Below, piece by piece: positions 9,251 to 20,163 of a DNA stretch of 64,000 nucleotides. The notes beneath the pieces were generated by a model. That model was not told the DNA's origin, did not search any database, and saw nothing but the letters and a program-made list of their open reading frames with translations. Every line of letters starts with the position of its first letter. Position 1 is the stretch's first letter. The stretch is from an uncultured Bacteroidota bacterium (GTDB lineage: Bacteria; Bacteroidota; Ignavibacteria; UBA10030; UBA6906): NCBI GenBank assembly GCA_963700635.1, contig CAVOYH010000004.1:128001-192000 (forward strand), given 5' to 3'. The translations under genes and the position numbers were made by a program.

Positions 9251-10918
9251 GTGTCACGTGAGTCTCGTGTCGTAGTGTTCGTGCATGATGCTACGGATGC
9301 AGAGATGATTGAGATGCAGATGCGGAAGGCACGCGTCCACTGTTCTATCCAGCGTATTACCGCCAAGGATCAATTGTTAAGAACTATACGGAGTGCTCCG
9401 CCGGATCTGGTGATTGCCGAAGGTGCATTTCCCAGGTTGGACGTGCAGAACATCATGGGAAAAGCGCTGGCGGCCGCGCCCGGCACACCCTGGATTATCC
9501 TGGCGGCGCCGCAGACAGAGGATGCCGTGGTGGGGTGGATGAAAGCCGGGGCCGAAGATGTGGTTACCCGCAAGAGCCTGTCACGGCTGGGGAGCGCCGC
9601 TTCAGCGTTGCTGGAGAAATCCACCGCCGCCATCCCGCCCGCTCCGAAGCCTTCCGTGACCGCTTCTTCCCAGCCGGTGCTTCCATCTTCTCCCGCTCCG
9701 TCGCATCCGTCTCCAGCGCCTTCGCCGGGTCCTCCGGATGCGGGGAATACTCTGCTCCGCGATCTCGTGAAGCACGCGCCGGATCTTATGACCGTGCTGG
9801 ATGACCAGGGTGTCCGCCTGTACAGCAATCCCGCGCACCGTGACGTGCTCGACAGTCCGGAGCGTCTCCAGGGTACGGTTGCGTTTGTGGATGTGCACCC
9901 GGACGACCGTCAACGGGTTGCGGAGACCCTCCGTGCCGGAATGGAGGAAGGTGAAGAAATCCGCCTGGAATACCGCCTCATGGACAACAAGGGCTCTGTA
10001 CGTGTGCTGGAATCTGTCGGTGCCACATTTATTTCCGCGGCATCCGGGAAGACCAACGCAGTGGTCGTATCCCGGGATATGACCGAAAGGGCACAGCGGG
10101 AGCATGACCTGCAGGCTCTGCTGAAAGCGCTGGGCCCGCTCTCCGGAGAACCGTTTTTTCATAATCTGGTGAGTGTTATCGGCGACACGCTCGCGGTCCG
10201 GTATGTACTCGTCTCCGAGTGTTTGTACCAGCCATGCGAGCGTGTACGATCTCTGGCATATCTGGCAAACGGAACATTTATGCCCCCCTTCGAGTATGAT
10301 ATCACCGATACCACATGCGAGGCGGTCTTTGCCACCGGGGCACCTGTCCACTACCCCGATAGCGTCCAGGAGCTCTTTCCCAAAGAGACTGCCCTTGTTG
10401 CGATGGACGCGCGCAGTTATCTGGGCGTTCCACTTATCGGCACCGGTTCTGCCATTGTCGGTCATCTTTTTCTGATCGATGACAAACGGCTGGCGGATTC
10501 CGCCAGAGCGCTGAGCATGCTCACGCAGGTGGCAAACCGGACTGCGATGGAGGTGGAGCGGTTTCGGAAAGACCGTAGCGGCCGTGCGGCAGAATTTCGC
10601 CTCCGCTTCATTCTCGAAAGTCTGGCCGACGGAGTACTGGTGACCGATTCACACGATATTGTCACGTATCTCAATGAACAGGTTGTATCCTTTATCGGCT
10701 TCAGCGGAGTGGATATGATCGGAAAACCGCTTATGCAGTTTCTTGCGCAGGATCAGGACCCTCCTCTCGAGACGCTGCCCGAAGATGGGGAAATCCGAGT
10801 CCGGCTCCGTTGCCGGGACGGTGATGTTCGGGGGGCTGTCCTTCAGGCGAAGCCGCTGAAGGATGGTGCAGGCAGGGGGCTGGGCACAGTGTTTCTCGTC
10901 CGCCCGGCCGCCGACTGA
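9251..10918 (+). CDS. Signal-input protein: degenerate receiver, Pro/Ser linker, PAS, GAF, PAS; no output domain
   Basis: REC-like N-terminus (PDLVIAE, KAGAEDVV). PAS/PAC (VHPDDR, EYRL, SRDMTER). GAF (TTCEAV, SYLGVPL, VGHL). Second PAS (ESLADGVLVTD, YLNE). Confidence 0.8.
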   Translation: MSRESRVVVFVHDATDAEMIEMQMRKARVHCSIQRITAKDQLLRTIRSAPPDLVIAEGAFPRLDVQNIMGKALAAAPGTPWIILAAPQTEDAVVGWMKAGAEDVVTRKSLSRLGSAASALLEKSTAAIPPAPKPSVTASSQPVLPSSPAPSHPSPAPSPGPPDAGNTLLRDLVKHAPDLMTVLDDQGVRLYSNPAHRDVLDSPERLQGTVAFVDVHPDDRQRVAETLRAGMEEGEEIRLEYRLMDNKGSVRVLESVGATFISAASGKTNAVVVSRDMTERAQREHDLQALLKALGPLSGEPFFHNLVSVIGDTLAVRYVLVSECLYQPCERVRSLAYLANGTFMPPFEYDITDTTCEAVFATGAPVHYPDSVQELFPKETALVAMDARSYLGVPLIGTGSAIVGHLFLIDDKRLADSARALSMLTQVANRTAMEVERFRKDRSGRAAEFRLRFILESLADGVLVTDSHDIVTYLNEQVVSFIGFSGVDMIGKPLMQFLAQDQDPPLETLPEDGEIRVRLRCRDGDVRGAVLQAKPLKDGAGRGLGTVFLVRPAAD

Positions 10919-10986
10919 GTGTTGTTCGGGTTTTCCATCCGGAACCCGGGTGAATGAGGTTCCGGACCATCGATGGGATCGTTAGC

Positions 10987-13017
10987 ATGGCCTATACACT
11001 CGTTTCTGATTTTTTGCCTGCCGGGGATCAGCCCGAGGCAATACGGCAATTGAGTGAGGGGGTCCTGCGGGGAGACCGGTACCAGACGTTGCTCGGCGTT
11101 ACCGGAAGCGGAAAAACCTTCACGATCTCAAACGTCATTGCCAAACTGGACAAACCGGTCCTGGTAATGTCGCATAACAAGACACTTGCAGCCCAGCTGT
11201 ACGGTGAATTTAAGACCTTCTTTCCCCGCAACCGCGTAGAGTTCTTCATCAGCTACTACGACTACTACCAGCCGGAGGCCTATGTGCCTTCGACGGACAC
11301 CTACATTGCCAAAGACGCTTCCATCAACGATGAAATTGACCGGCTGCGTCTGCGCACCACGAGTGCGTTACTCAGCGGCGACACGAATGTTATCGTTGTT
11401 GCCTCGGTGAGCTGCATTTATGGCATTGGAGCTCCCGAGGAATGGGCGAGCCAGATCGTTGTGGTGCGGAAAGGGGACCGACTTGACCGGAACGCCCTCC
11501 TGCGCAAACTGCTGAACATCTATTATGTGCGGAACGATTTTGAGTTTGTCAGGGGTACGATGCGGGTCCGGGGGGATGTCGTAGAGGTGATTCCAGCATC
11601 GGAGAGCGAGGAGGCGGTACGGATCGCATTCTTCGGCGATGAGATCGAGCGGATCTCGTATATCAACGCAATCGATGGTTCGGTGGTCGGAGAGACGGAC
11701 TTCGAGGTGATTTATCCAGCAAAGCAGTTTGTCACCTCGCGCGAGACCCTTGACCGCGCTGTGCGCGGAATTGAAGTCGAGCTGGAGGATCGTCTGTCCG
11801 AATTGCGCCTCCAGAACAAACTTCTGGAAGCGCAGAGGCTCGAGCAGCGCACGCGGTTCGATCTCGAGATGATGCGTGAAGTGGGGTATTGCTCCGGCAT
11901 CGAAAATTATTCGCGGCATATTGCCGGCCGGGCCCCCGGATCCCGGTCTGCCTGCCTGCTGGACTATTTCCCGAAGGACTACCTCGTGGTGCTGGACGAA
12001 TCCCACGTGACGGTCCCTCAGATCGGCGGCATGTACCACGGTGATCGGTCGCGTAAGGTCACCCTTGTGGAGCACGGATTCCGGCTTCCTTCAGCTCTGG
12101 ACAATCGCCCGCTGACGTTCAAGGAGTGGGAAGAAATGGCCCCGCAGGTGGTTTTTGTGAGTGCGACACCCGCAAACTACGAGCTTGAAAAATCCGGCGG
12201 AATTATTGTGGAACAGGTGATCCGCCCCACGGGCCTGGTGGATCCGGAAGTGGAAATCCGCCCCGTCAAAAATCAAATTGATGATCTTATCGCGGAGATC
12301 CGGAGCAGGGCCGAGCGCAAGGAACGGGTGCTCGTAACAACTCTGACAAAAAGGATGGCGGAGGATCTTACCGATTACCTGGTGGGTATAGGGATCAAGG
12401 TCCGGTACATACACTCTGAAGTCGGCGCCCTTGAACGGGTAGAGATTCTCAGGGATTTACGCCTGGGAGATTTTGACGTGCTGGTGGGGGTGAATCTGCT
12501 GCGCGAGGGGTTGGACCTGCCTGAGGTGTCACTGGTGGCGATTCTGGATGCGGACAAGGAAGGGTTCCTCCGGTCCGAAAGGTCCCTGATCCAGACTGCC
12601 GGCAGGACTGCACGGAACGTGTACGGCAGGGTGATCATGTACGCCGATACCGTCACCGGTTCGATGCAGCGTATGCTCGACGAGACCAACCGCAGGCGTG
12701 AAAAACAACGGCTCTACAACACGGAACATGGTATTACACCGGCCACGGTCTATAAGACCATAACGGAAGTGCTGGCTGCCACAGCGGTAGCCGACGTGAA
12801 GGCTCAGCGTGATGCCCGGCGTGAACGTGCGAAGATGCCCAAAGTTGCAGAACAGGTGATCAGGTACCTGACCTCGGACCAGCGTAACGATCTTCTTGAT
12901 GAACTCAAGACCGAGATGCAGAATGCTGCACGGGATCTGGAGTTTGAAAAGGCGGCCGATTTGCGTGACGAGATCGAGCGATTGGAGAAACTGGATCCTG
13001 CGCCGAAAAAGAAGTAA
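10987..13017 (+). CDS. uvrB: Excinuclease ABC subunit B
   Basis: [40 protein letters not shown] and a C-terminal UVR domain (LEFEKAA). Confidence 0.98.
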   Translation: MAYTLVSDFLPAGDQPEAIRQLSEGVLRGDRYQTLLGVTGSGKTFTISNVIAKLDKPVLVMSHNKTLAAQLYGEFKTFFPRNRVEFFISYYDYYQPEAYVPSTDTYIAKDASINDEIDRLRLRTTSALLSGDTNVIVVASVSCIYGIGAPEEWASQIVVVRKGDRLDRNALLRKLLNIYYVRNDFEFVRGTMRVRGDVVEVIPASESEEAVRIAFFGDEIERISYINAIDGSVVGETDFEVIYPAKQFVTSRETLDRAVRGIEVELEDRLSELRLQNKLLEAQRLEQRTRFDLEMMREVGYCSGIENYSRHIAGRAPGSRSACLLDYFPKDYLVVLDESHVTVPQIGGMYHGDRSRKVTLVEHGFRLPSALDNRPLTFKEWEEMAPQVVFVSATPANYELEKSGGIIVEQVIRPTGLVDPEVEIRPVKNQIDDLIAEIRSRAERKERVLVTTLTKRMAEDLTDYLVGIGIKVRYIHSEVGALERVEILRDLRLGDFDVLVGVNLLREGLDLPEVSLVAILDADKEGFLRSERSLIQTAGRTARNVYGRVIMYADTVTGSMQRMLDETNRRREKQRLYNTEHGITPATVYKTITEVLAATAVADVKAQRDARRERAKMPKVAEQVIRYLTSDQRNDLLDELKTEMQNAARDLEFEKAADLRDEIERLEKLDPAPKKK

Positions 13018-13044
13018 GGGCGGGGAATCGGAAATCGGCCCGGG

Positions 13045-13797
13045 ATGCGTGTACTTCCGGTACACGACTCCGGAGGCATTGTGCCGGTCGGCTCCTTCTC
13101 GCTGAGGGATGCGATACTCAGCTTCCTGTTTCCACCCGTCTGTTTTTGCTGCGCGTCCCTCCTTTCTTCTTCAACCCGCCTCCTTTGTCCGCCGTGCCAG
13201 TCCAGAATCCTGCCCCTGTTGCCCGACGATCCTCTCTTCTGCAGCACCTATCACCGGCTCTGTGACGACGGCCTGTGCGCTGATCTGGTCAGTGCATATC
13301 ATTTTGAGAAAGAAGGGCCGGTGCAGGCACTTGTGCATGCCATGAAATACCGCGGAGGTGTGGCGGTTGGCAGCCATCTCGGCGTCTGTGTCGGGCAGCT
13401 CATCCTCCGGCGGGCATGGGCTGCCTCAATCGACCTGATCGTGCCTCTCCCTCTCCACAGGGCTCGATTTCGCGAACGCGGATACAATCAGGCCGAACTC
13501 TTTGCCCGTGGCATAGCCGGGGTACTCGACGTGCCGGTGGTGCGTTCAGGATTACGCCGGGCACGATGGACTGACTCGCAGACGAAGCTCGGGTATGCCG
13601 AACGACAGGCGAATGTAGCATTCGCGTTTGAACTGCTTCCAAAGAAAAAATCCCCCCTGCAGGGAAAGAATATTCTTCTGGTTGATGATGTCATCACGAC
13701 AGGGGCGACGATTCGGGCTTGTGCTGCGGCTCTCTCCAGCGGCACGGGAAGCACGGTGTATGTCGCATCCATTGCCCTTGCAGAGCAGAATCCTTGA
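13045..13797 (+). CDS. comF: ComF-family phosphoribosyltransferase-like protein
   Basis: N-terminal Cys pairs, RGYNQA and LLVDDVITTGAT. Exact start uncertain. Confidence 0.88.
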   Translation: MRVLPVHDSGGIVPVGSFSLRDAILSFLFPPVCFCCASLLSSSTRLLCPPCQSRILPLLPDDPLFCSTYHRLCDDGLCADLVSAYHFEKEGPVQALVHAMKYRGGVAVGSHLGVCVGQLILRRAWAASIDLIVPLPLHRARFRERGYNQAELFARGIAGVLDVPVVRSGLRRARWTDSQTKLGYAERQANVAFAFELLPKKKSPLQGKNILLVDDVITTGATIRACAAALSSGTGSTVYVASIALAEQNP

Positions 13798-13822
13798 CAA
13801 TGGCACGCGCGCTTGGTAAATT
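13794..13822 (+). promoter_or_regulatory. Strong sigma70-type promoter of gap
   Basis: TTGACA (13794-13799), 17 nt spacer, TAAATT (13817-13822), with an extended -10 TG. Confidence 0.7.
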
Positions 13823-13896
13823 AATAAGAATATGTACAATTGAACCACCCTTAACCAAGCATACTCTCTTCATTTCTGGACTCACGGAGGATTATC

Positions 13897-14889
13897 ATGG
13901 CAATCAATATCGGCATTAACGGTTTTGGTCGTATCGGGCGGCTCGTGTTCCGACGGATGATGCAGACCGGCGGGTTTAATATCGTCGGGATCAATGATAT
14001 CACCGATGCAAAAACGCTTGCATACCTCTTGAAGTACGACTCAGTGCATGGCATATATCCCGGAACAATAACCGCGGAAGCGGATGGTTTTGTGGCGGAC
14101 GGGAAAAAGTACAAGGTGATGGCGGAAAAGGATCCCACCAAGCTTCCCTGGAAGAGCCTGGGAGCTGATATCGTGATTGAGGGAACGGGTGTGTTCACGA
14201 GCCGCGAAAAACTCCAGATGCACATCACCGCCGGCGCCAAGAAGGTCCTCCTGACCGCCCCGGCCAAAGACGAAATCGACGCCACAATTGTGGTCGGCGT
14301 GAATGACAACATTCTCACCGGCAAGGAAGTCCTTCTTTCGAATGCTTCCTGTACGACCAACTGTCTAGCGCCGATGGTAAAAGTGATTCACGAGACATTC
14401 GGTCTGGATCATGGTCTGATGACCACCATCCATTCGTACACCAATGACCAGCGCGTGCTTGATCTCCCGCACAAAGATCTGCGCCGTGCGCGTGCCGCCG
14501 CCCTGTCGATCATTCCGACGACCACGGGTGCCGCGCGGACGGTCGGCAAGGTGATTCCGGAGTTAAAGGGCAAGCTGGACGGTTTTTCGCTGCGCGTGCC
14601 GACGCCGGACGCTTCCATTACCGATCTTGTTGCCGTGCTCAAAAAGCCGGCGACAAAAGACGAAGTGAATGCCGCAATGAAGAAGGCCGCCGAGACCACC
14701 ATGAAGGGCATTATCCAGTACACGGAAGATGAACTCGTCTCCAGCGACATCATCGGCAACGAATATTCCTGCATCTTCGATTCGAAGCTCACGATGTCAC
14801 TCGGAAACACGATCAAGGTATTCGGCTGGTACGATAACGAATGGGGATTCTCCTGCCGGGTGATCGATCTGCTTAAAAAGATCGCGTAA
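13897..14889 (+). CDS. gap: Glyceraldehyde-3-phosphate dehydrogenase type I
   Basis: [17 protein letters not shown] and WYDNE. Confidence 0.98.
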   Translation: MAINIGINGFGRIGRLVFRRMMQTGGFNIVGINDITDAKTLAYLLKYDSVHGIYPGTITAEADGFVADGKKYKVMAEKDPTKLPWKSLGADIVIEGTGVFTSREKLQMHITAGAKKVLLTAPAKDEIDATIVVGVNDNILTGKEVLLSNASCTTNCLAPMVKVIHETFGLDHGLMTTIHSYTNDQRVLDLPHKDLRRARAAALSIIPTTTGAARTVGKVIPELKGKLDGFSLRVPTPDASITDLVAVLKKPATKDEVNAAMKKAAETTMKGIIQYTEDELVSSDIIGNEYSCIFDSKLTMSLGNTIKVFGWYDNEWGFSCRVIDLLKKIA

Positions 14890-14907
14890 TGATTGCAGTC
14901 CGGAAAC

Positions 14908-14954
14908 GCGGCTGCCGGTGTCCGGATACGGAAGCGGTGGCCGCAGTTTTTTTT
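14908..14954 (+). terminator. Intrinsic terminator/attenuator between gap and pgk
   Basis: gcggctgccg...tccg-gata-cgga...cggtggccgc hairpin followed by a T8 run. Confidence 0.6.
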
Positions 14955-14973
14955 GAACGAGAGGAAACCTTCG

Positions 14974-16170
14974 ATGACAACAAAGACGATTGATGATGTG
15001 AATCTGGCCGGGAAAAAGGTGCTGGTCCGCGTGGACTTTAATGTGCCGATGACTCCGGACCTCAAGGTGTCTGATGACAAAAGGATGGTCGAATCGCTGC
15101 CGACGATCAAAAAGATTCTTGATGCCGGGGGCGCGGTAATTCTCATGAGCCATCTCGGACGCCCGAAGGGGAAACCGACGCCGGAGTTTTCACTGAAGCC
15201 CGTTGCGCAGCATCTTGGCACGTTATTGAAGACCAGTGTGAAGTTTGCGGAAGATTGTGCGGGCAAAGTGGCGCGCGCTGCGGTGGACACACTCAAACCC
15301 GGCGAGGTGCTGTTATTGGAAAACCTGCGCTTTCATGCTGAAGAGGAAAAGAACGACGAGACCTTTGCGAAGGAACTCGCGTCACTGGGTCAGGTCTATG
15401 TGAATGATGCGTTCGGGACCGCCCATCGCGCCCATGCTTCCACCGAGGGTATCACGCGGTTCGTGAAGCCCTGTGTGGCGGGTTATCTCATGCGCAAGGA
15501 AATTGAATACCTCGGCCGGGCTGTGGCAAACCCCGTTCGGCCGTATATTGCCATCCTGGGTGGCGCGAAGATCTCCGGAAAAATTGACGTGATCCAGAAC
15601 CTGATGCCAAAGGTTGATGCCCTTGTGATCGGCGGGGGGATGGCGTTTACGTTTTTTCAGGCGCAGGGTATGGAAGTCGGAGATTCACTTGTCGAACAGG
15701 AAAAACTCGTTCTCGCGAAACAGATCCTCGAAGACGTCAAGGCAAAACGTATGCGCCTGATCCTGCCCGTGGATTGTGTGGTGGCGGACAAGTTTGAAAA
15801 TGACGCCCAACGCAAAGTTGTGCCCGTGAACAAGATTCCATCCGGATGGCGCGGCCTGGATATCGGGCCGGAAACTGTCAAGGTGATCAATATGGAATTA
15901 CGCCGTGCAAAGACCATCGTGTGGAACGGACCGATGGGGGTGTTCGAGATGTCCAACTTCGCGAACGGCACCATGGAAGTCGCAAAACTCCTGGCCGAGG
16001 CAACACGTGCCGGGGCGACAACGATTGTGGGTGGAGGAGACTCTGCTGCTGCGATTGCCCAGGCCGGATACGAAACAGCTGTTTCGCATGTCTCTACCGG
16101 CGGCGGGGCTTCTCTCGAATATCTCGAAGGAAGGACTCTTCCCGGTCTCGCCGCGCTCGACGTAAAGTGA
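14974..16170 (+). CDS. pgk: Phosphoglycerate kinase
   Basis: RVDFNVP, SHLGRP, LENLRF, WNGPMG, GGGDS and STGGGASL. gagga RBS before ATG 14974. Confidence 0.98.
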   Translation: MTTKTIDDVNLAGKKVLVRVDFNVPMTPDLKVSDDKRMVESLPTIKKILDAGGAVILMSHLGRPKGKPTPEFSLKPVAQHLGTLLKTSVKFAEDCAGKVARAAVDTLKPGEVLLLENLRFHAEEEKNDETFAKELASLGQVYVNDAFGTAHRAHASTEGITRFVKPCVAGYLMRKEIEYLGRAVANPVRPYIAILGGAKISGKIDVIQNLMPKVDALVIGGGMAFTFFQAQGMEVGDSLVEQEKLVLAKQILEDVKAKRMRLILPVDCVVADKFENDAQRKVVPVNKIPSGWRGLDIGPETVKVINMELRRAKTIVWNGPMGVFEMSNFANGTMEVAKLLAEATRAGATTIVGGGDSAAAIAQAGYETAVSHVSTGGGASLEYLEGRTLPGLAALDVK

Positions 16171-16222
16171 ACCAATCAGGCTCCGGCAGTGTTGAAGCCG
16201 TAAGGTAGGGAGGAATTAATCG

Positions 16223-17146
16223 ATGTCGTCATACGGATCCACCCGGTCCGGAATGTTCTACCGTCCCGGTTTTTTCGGGGGGTTCAGCATGTTCCCGCCG
16301 GTGATCAAAGCGCTGATAATCAGCAATGTTGTTGTCTGGTTTCTCCTGGACTTCCTTCTCGCTCCGTTTACGCTCAGCGGAATTCCGATATTCGGTATCC
16401 TTACAGAGTATCTTGCCCTGTGGCCGCTCGGGACAAATTTCTGGCCCTGGCAGCTTGTCACATACATGTTCCTGCATGGGGGGTTCCTCCATCTGTTTTT
16501 TAATATGCTCGCGCTCTGGATGTTCGGCATGGAGCTCGAGAACGCGTGGGGATCCCGGAAGTTCCTGATCTATTACCTGCTCTGCGGCGTGGGCGCCGGG
16601 GTGGCCAATGTTCTGATTGCACCGCTCATCGGTCAGGGAGCACCGACAGTGGGCGCTTCGGGCGCGGTGTTCGGGGTGCTGATCGGCTTTGCCATGCTGT
16701 TTCCGGACAGACCGATCTATCTCTATTTCCTTTTTCCCGTTCGCGCAAAGTACCTGATAGCCGTCTGGATCGGGCTGGAACTCTTCTTCGGCGTTACGGG
16801 AAGCTCCGATGGTGTCGCACATTTTGCGCATCTGGGAGGAGCTGCAGTGGGACTCGTGTACATGCTTGCGGAACTCGGCATTATCCCCGTGCGCGAGTGG
16901 TTGATCACGTTCAGGGGTGAAGAGGCGCACCCGTTCACCACCACGTCGCGCATCCGCAAGAGTGGAAACGAAGTACGCGATGCGCAGTTCTTTGACATCC
17001 GTACAGGAAAACCATCGGATCGAAAGCCGGAGGTCACTCAGGAAGATATTGACGCTATTCTTGATAAAATCAGCACCGGCGGGTATCAGAGCCTGACGGA
17101 AGAAGAAAAACGTATACTGAACGAAGCAAGCAAACGGATGCATTAG
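16223..17146 (+). CDS. Rhomboid intramembrane serine protease with a short soluble C-terminal domain
   Basis: HLFFNM, GASG and AHFAHLGG. C-terminal IDAILDKI..GY.SLTEEEK motif (DUF6576-like). Confidence 0.92.
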   Translation: MSSYGSTRSGMFYRPGFFGGFSMFPPVIKALIISNVVVWFLLDFLLAPFTLSGIPIFGILTEYLALWPLGTNFWPWQLVTYMFLHGGFLHLFFNMLALWMFGMELENAWGSRKFLIYYLLCGVGAGVANVLIAPLIGQGAPTVGASGAVFGVLIGFAMLFPDRPIYLYFLFPVRAKYLIAVWIGLELFFGVTGSSDGVAHFAHLGGAAVGLVYMLAELGIIPVREWLITFRGEEAHPFTTTSRIRKSGNEVRDAQFFDIRTGKPSDRKPEVTQEDIDAILDKISTGGYQSLTEEEKRILNEASKRMH

Positions 17147-17156
17147 GCAGGAGCGT

Positions 17157-18281
17157 ATGGAGATTCCGATACTGAACATGGCGGACGGTGCACAGGAGCA
17201 GAAACCTGAGGTACAGCGAACGCTGCGGCGCGCGACACGACAGGTCATGATCGGCGGTATCCGTGTCGGTGGCGCCGCACCGATTTCGGTTCAGACCATG
17301 ACAAAGACAAAAACCTCGGATACTGCCGGCACCGTGGCGCAGATCATTGCAGCGGCAGATGCCGGCTGCGACATCGTCCGTGTGACGGTGAACGACAAAG
17401 AAGCTGCGGACGCGATGAAGACCATCGTCCTGCAGTCGCCGATTCCCGTGGTTGCTGATATCCACTTTAACCACGTCTTCGCCCTCAAAGCCATCGAAGC
17501 AAATGTCGCCAAGGTACGCATCAATCCCGGCAACATCGGCAGCCACGATCGTATCCAACAGGTGCTGGGTGCTGCACGCGACAAGGGGATTCCCATCAGG
17601 ATAGGCGTGAACTCGGGCTCTCTGGAGGAAGATATTCTCAACAAGCATGGATACCCGACTGCAGAAGCGCTGTTTGAAAGTGCGATGCGCCACGTGGGTA
17701 TCTGTGAAGACTTCGGATTCAAGGACATCGTGATATCGGTAAAGTCCACGGACGTGCGCCTCATGATCGAAGCATACCGTCTGGTGGCCCAACGAACGGA
17801 CATTCCCCTGCACCTTGGCGTCACCGAGGCCGGCACCACGCGCATTGGAACAATCAAATCTGCCGTGGGCATCGGCACGCTGCTGGCAGAAGGCATTGGA
17901 GACACGATCCGTGTGTCATTGACGGATGACCCCGTGAAGGAGGTGGAGGTCGGCAAAGAAATCCTCCGCTCTCTCGGTCTCGCCACACGCAACGTCGAGT
18001 TGATCGCATGCCCGACCTGCGGGCGCCTCGAGGTTGATCTGTTTGCGATCATGGCCGAACTGGAGAAACGGCTTGAAGGAGTTAAAAAGCCGGTGAAAAT
18101 CGCCGTTCTGGGCTGTGTGGTGAACGGACCCGGCGAAGCGAGCGAAGCAGACATCGGGATTGCAGCAGGCAAGGGAGTGGGGATCCTGTACCGCAAGGGG
18201 GAGGTGATACGAAAGGTGAAAGAATCCGAAATCGTGGATGTGATAGTGGAAGAAGTTCATAAATTCCAGCCGGAATCGTGA
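17157..18281 (+). CDS. ispG: HMBPP synthase
   Basis: ADIHF, RINPGN, RIGVNSGSL, HLGVTEAG, CPTCGR and GCVVNGPGE. Confidence 0.97.
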   Translation: MEIPILNMADGAQEQKPEVQRTLRRATRQVMIGGIRVGGAAPISVQTMTKTKTSDTAGTVAQIIAAADAGCDIVRVTVNDKEAADAMKTIVLQSPIPVVADIHFNHVFALKAIEANVAKVRINPGNIGSHDRIQQVLGAARDKGIPIRIGVNSGSLEEDILNKHGYPTAEALFESAMRHVGICEDFGFKDIVISVKSTDVRLMIEAYRLVAQRTDIPLHLGVTEAGTTRIGTIKSAVGIGTLLAEGIGDTIRVSLTDDPVKEVEVGKEILRSLGLATRNVELIACPTCGRLEVDLFAIMAELEKRLEGVKKPVKIAVLGCVVNGPGEASEADIGIAAGKGVGILYRKGEVIRKVKESEIVDVIVEEVHKFQPES

Positions 18282-18315
18282 CGACCCTCCCTCACAGCAC
18301 CGGCCGGGTGATCCT

Positions 18316-19101
18316 ATGAATATCCTCTTCGTGGGCGACATCGTCGGCACTCCGGGCCTTGACCTGGCGACGGCGCTCGTGCCCGGGCTGGTAAAGAAGC
18401 ATGATGTTGATCTCCTGATCGTTAACGGAGAAAATGCGACGGAAGGAAAGGGGATCTCCGAAGACCACGCCAAAAAGATCTTCGGCTTCGGCGCCCATGT
18501 TATCACGACAGGGAATCATGTCTGGGATCGCTGGGACAGCAGGAAAGTGCTGGGCGCAGATCGCCGCATCCTGAGACCGCTTAATTATCCGCGCGACAAC
18601 GGGGGCAACGGGTTCCTCGTGGTGGATCTCGGGGAGAAGGGGAAAGCCGGTGTGCTGAATGTTCAGGGACGGGTCTACATGCAGGCCATAGACGACCCGT
18701 TCCGGTCCGCCGAATGGGCTGTGGCGAAGATTCAGGAGGAGACCAGGATTATCTTTGTTGATTTTCATGCGGATGCCACGGCGGAAAAAATGGCCATGGG
18801 ATGGTTTCTCGATGGAAAGGTTACCGCACTGGCCGGAACGCACACGCACACGCCGACAGCGGACGGCCGGATTCTTCCCCGTGGTACGGCGTTTATTACC
18901 GACGTGGGTATGACCGGCCCGTATGATTCCGTGCTCGGTATGCGCAAGGAAGCGGCCCTCAAACGACTCGTGCTGGGAACTCCGCATAAGTACGAGGTGG
19001 CCAGCAATGACGTCCGGCTGTGCGGACTCTTTGTCAAAGCCGATCCTGCAACAGGGCATGCCCTTGCCATGGAACAGATTATCTTTCCCACGTTTTCCTA
19101 G
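18316..19101 (+). CDS. ymdB: TIGR00282/YmdB-family metallophosphoesterase
   Basis: GDIVG, NGEN, TGNH, DFHA..T.EK, GTHTH and TDVGMTG. Confidence 0.9.
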   Translation: MNILFVGDIVGTPGLDLATALVPGLVKKHDVDLLIVNGENATEGKGISEDHAKKIFGFGAHVITTGNHVWDRWDSRKVLGADRRILRPLNYPRDNGGNGFLVVDLGEKGKAGVLNVQGRVYMQAIDDPFRSAEWAVAKIQEETRIIFVDFHADATAEKMAMGWFLDGKVTALAGTHTHTPTADGRILPRGTAFITDVGMTGPYDSVLGMRKEAALKRLVLGTPHKYEVASNDVRLCGLFVKADPATGHALAMEQIIFPTFS

Positions 19102-19105
19102 GACT

Positions 19106-19990
19106 ATGGCAGCTCGGCGAATTGACGGCAAACTGATCGCAGAACAGATCAAAGGCGAAGTCCGCGCCGGTGTGGAGCGCCTGATGAAGGAGCGCCAGAT
19201 CAGGCCGGGCCTGGGGTTCATTCTCGTCGGTGAGAACCCCGCTTCCCAGGTCTATGTGCGTTCGAAAGGAAAGGCGTGCGAAGAGCTGGGAGTGCGTTCG
19301 GAAACGTGCCGGCTGCCGGCTGACACGACCGAAGCAGATGTCCTGGCCCTGATTCGTTCATGGAATGCTGATCCCCTCATCCATGGGATTCTGGTACAAC
19401 TTCCCCTCCCGCGGCACATCAATGAACAATATGTGATTGAGGCCATCGATCCCCGGAAGGATGTGGACGGATTCCATCCGATGAACGTCGGACGTCTGGT
19501 GATCGGTATGGAATGTTTCAAACCATGTACCCCTGCAGGCATCCAGGAATTGCTTGTACGCAGCGGCCACGATCCGGCCGGAAAGCATGTCGTGGTCGTG
19601 GGGCGGAGCAATATTGTCGGCAAGCCCGTTGCAAATATCCTCCTTCAGAAGGCGAAAGGAGCAAACGCCATCGTCACCGTGGCCCATACCGCCGCACATG
19701 ACCTGGCGTCGCTGACCCGTGAAGCGGACATCCTGATTGCTGCCGTGGGAAAGCCTGAAGGGATTACCGGCGAGATGCTCAAACCGGGGAGTGTTGTCAT
19801 CGATGTCGGGATCAACAGGATACCGGATTCTGCCTCCCCCAAAGGATATCGACTTGTCGGCGACGTCGACTTTGTCTCGGCCGAGCAGGTTGCGGCTGCG
19901 ATCACACCTGTTCCGGGCGGAGTTGGACCGATGACCATTGCAATGCTCATGCACAACACCCTTCTGGCGGCGCAGCGGCTGACGGGCTGA
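19106..19990 (+). CDS. folD: Methylenetetrahydrofolate dehydrogenase/cyclohydrolase
   Basis: YVRSK, QLPLP, KDVDG, PCTP, GRSNIVGKP, IDVG and PVPGGVGPMT. Start at MAARRIDGK. Confidence 0.97.
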   Translation: MAARRIDGKLIAEQIKGEVRAGVERLMKERQIRPGLGFILVGENPASQVYVRSKGKACEELGVRSETCRLPADTTEADVLALIRSWNADPLIHGILVQLPLPRHINEQYVIEAIDPRKDVDGFHPMNVGRLVIGMECFKPCTPAGIQELLVRSGHDPAGKHVVVVGRSNIVGKPVANILLQKAKGANAIVTVAHTAAHDLASLTREADILIAAVGKPEGITGEMLKPGSVVIDVGINRIPDSASPKGYRLVGDVDFVSAEQVAAAITPVPGGVGPMTIAMLMHNTLLAAQRLTG

Positions 19991-20065
19991 GTACTTTCGG
20001 AGCCCCGCCGGCAGAACCCCCTTCCGCGCATTATCCCGTGGACACCCCCCGATAACCGCTGTTTC

Positions 20066-20094
20066 TTGCTAATCCGGTTCATTTTCCGTACCTT
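20066..20094 (+). promoter_or_regulatory. Sigma70-type promoter of pruA
   Basis: TTGCTA-17 nt-TACCTT. Confidence 0.5.
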
Positions 20095-20163
20095 TTAGTA
20101 CTTACGTTCTTCCTCCCACTGCGGAACCTTCGATTATTCGTACAATCACTTCACGAGGCACGT

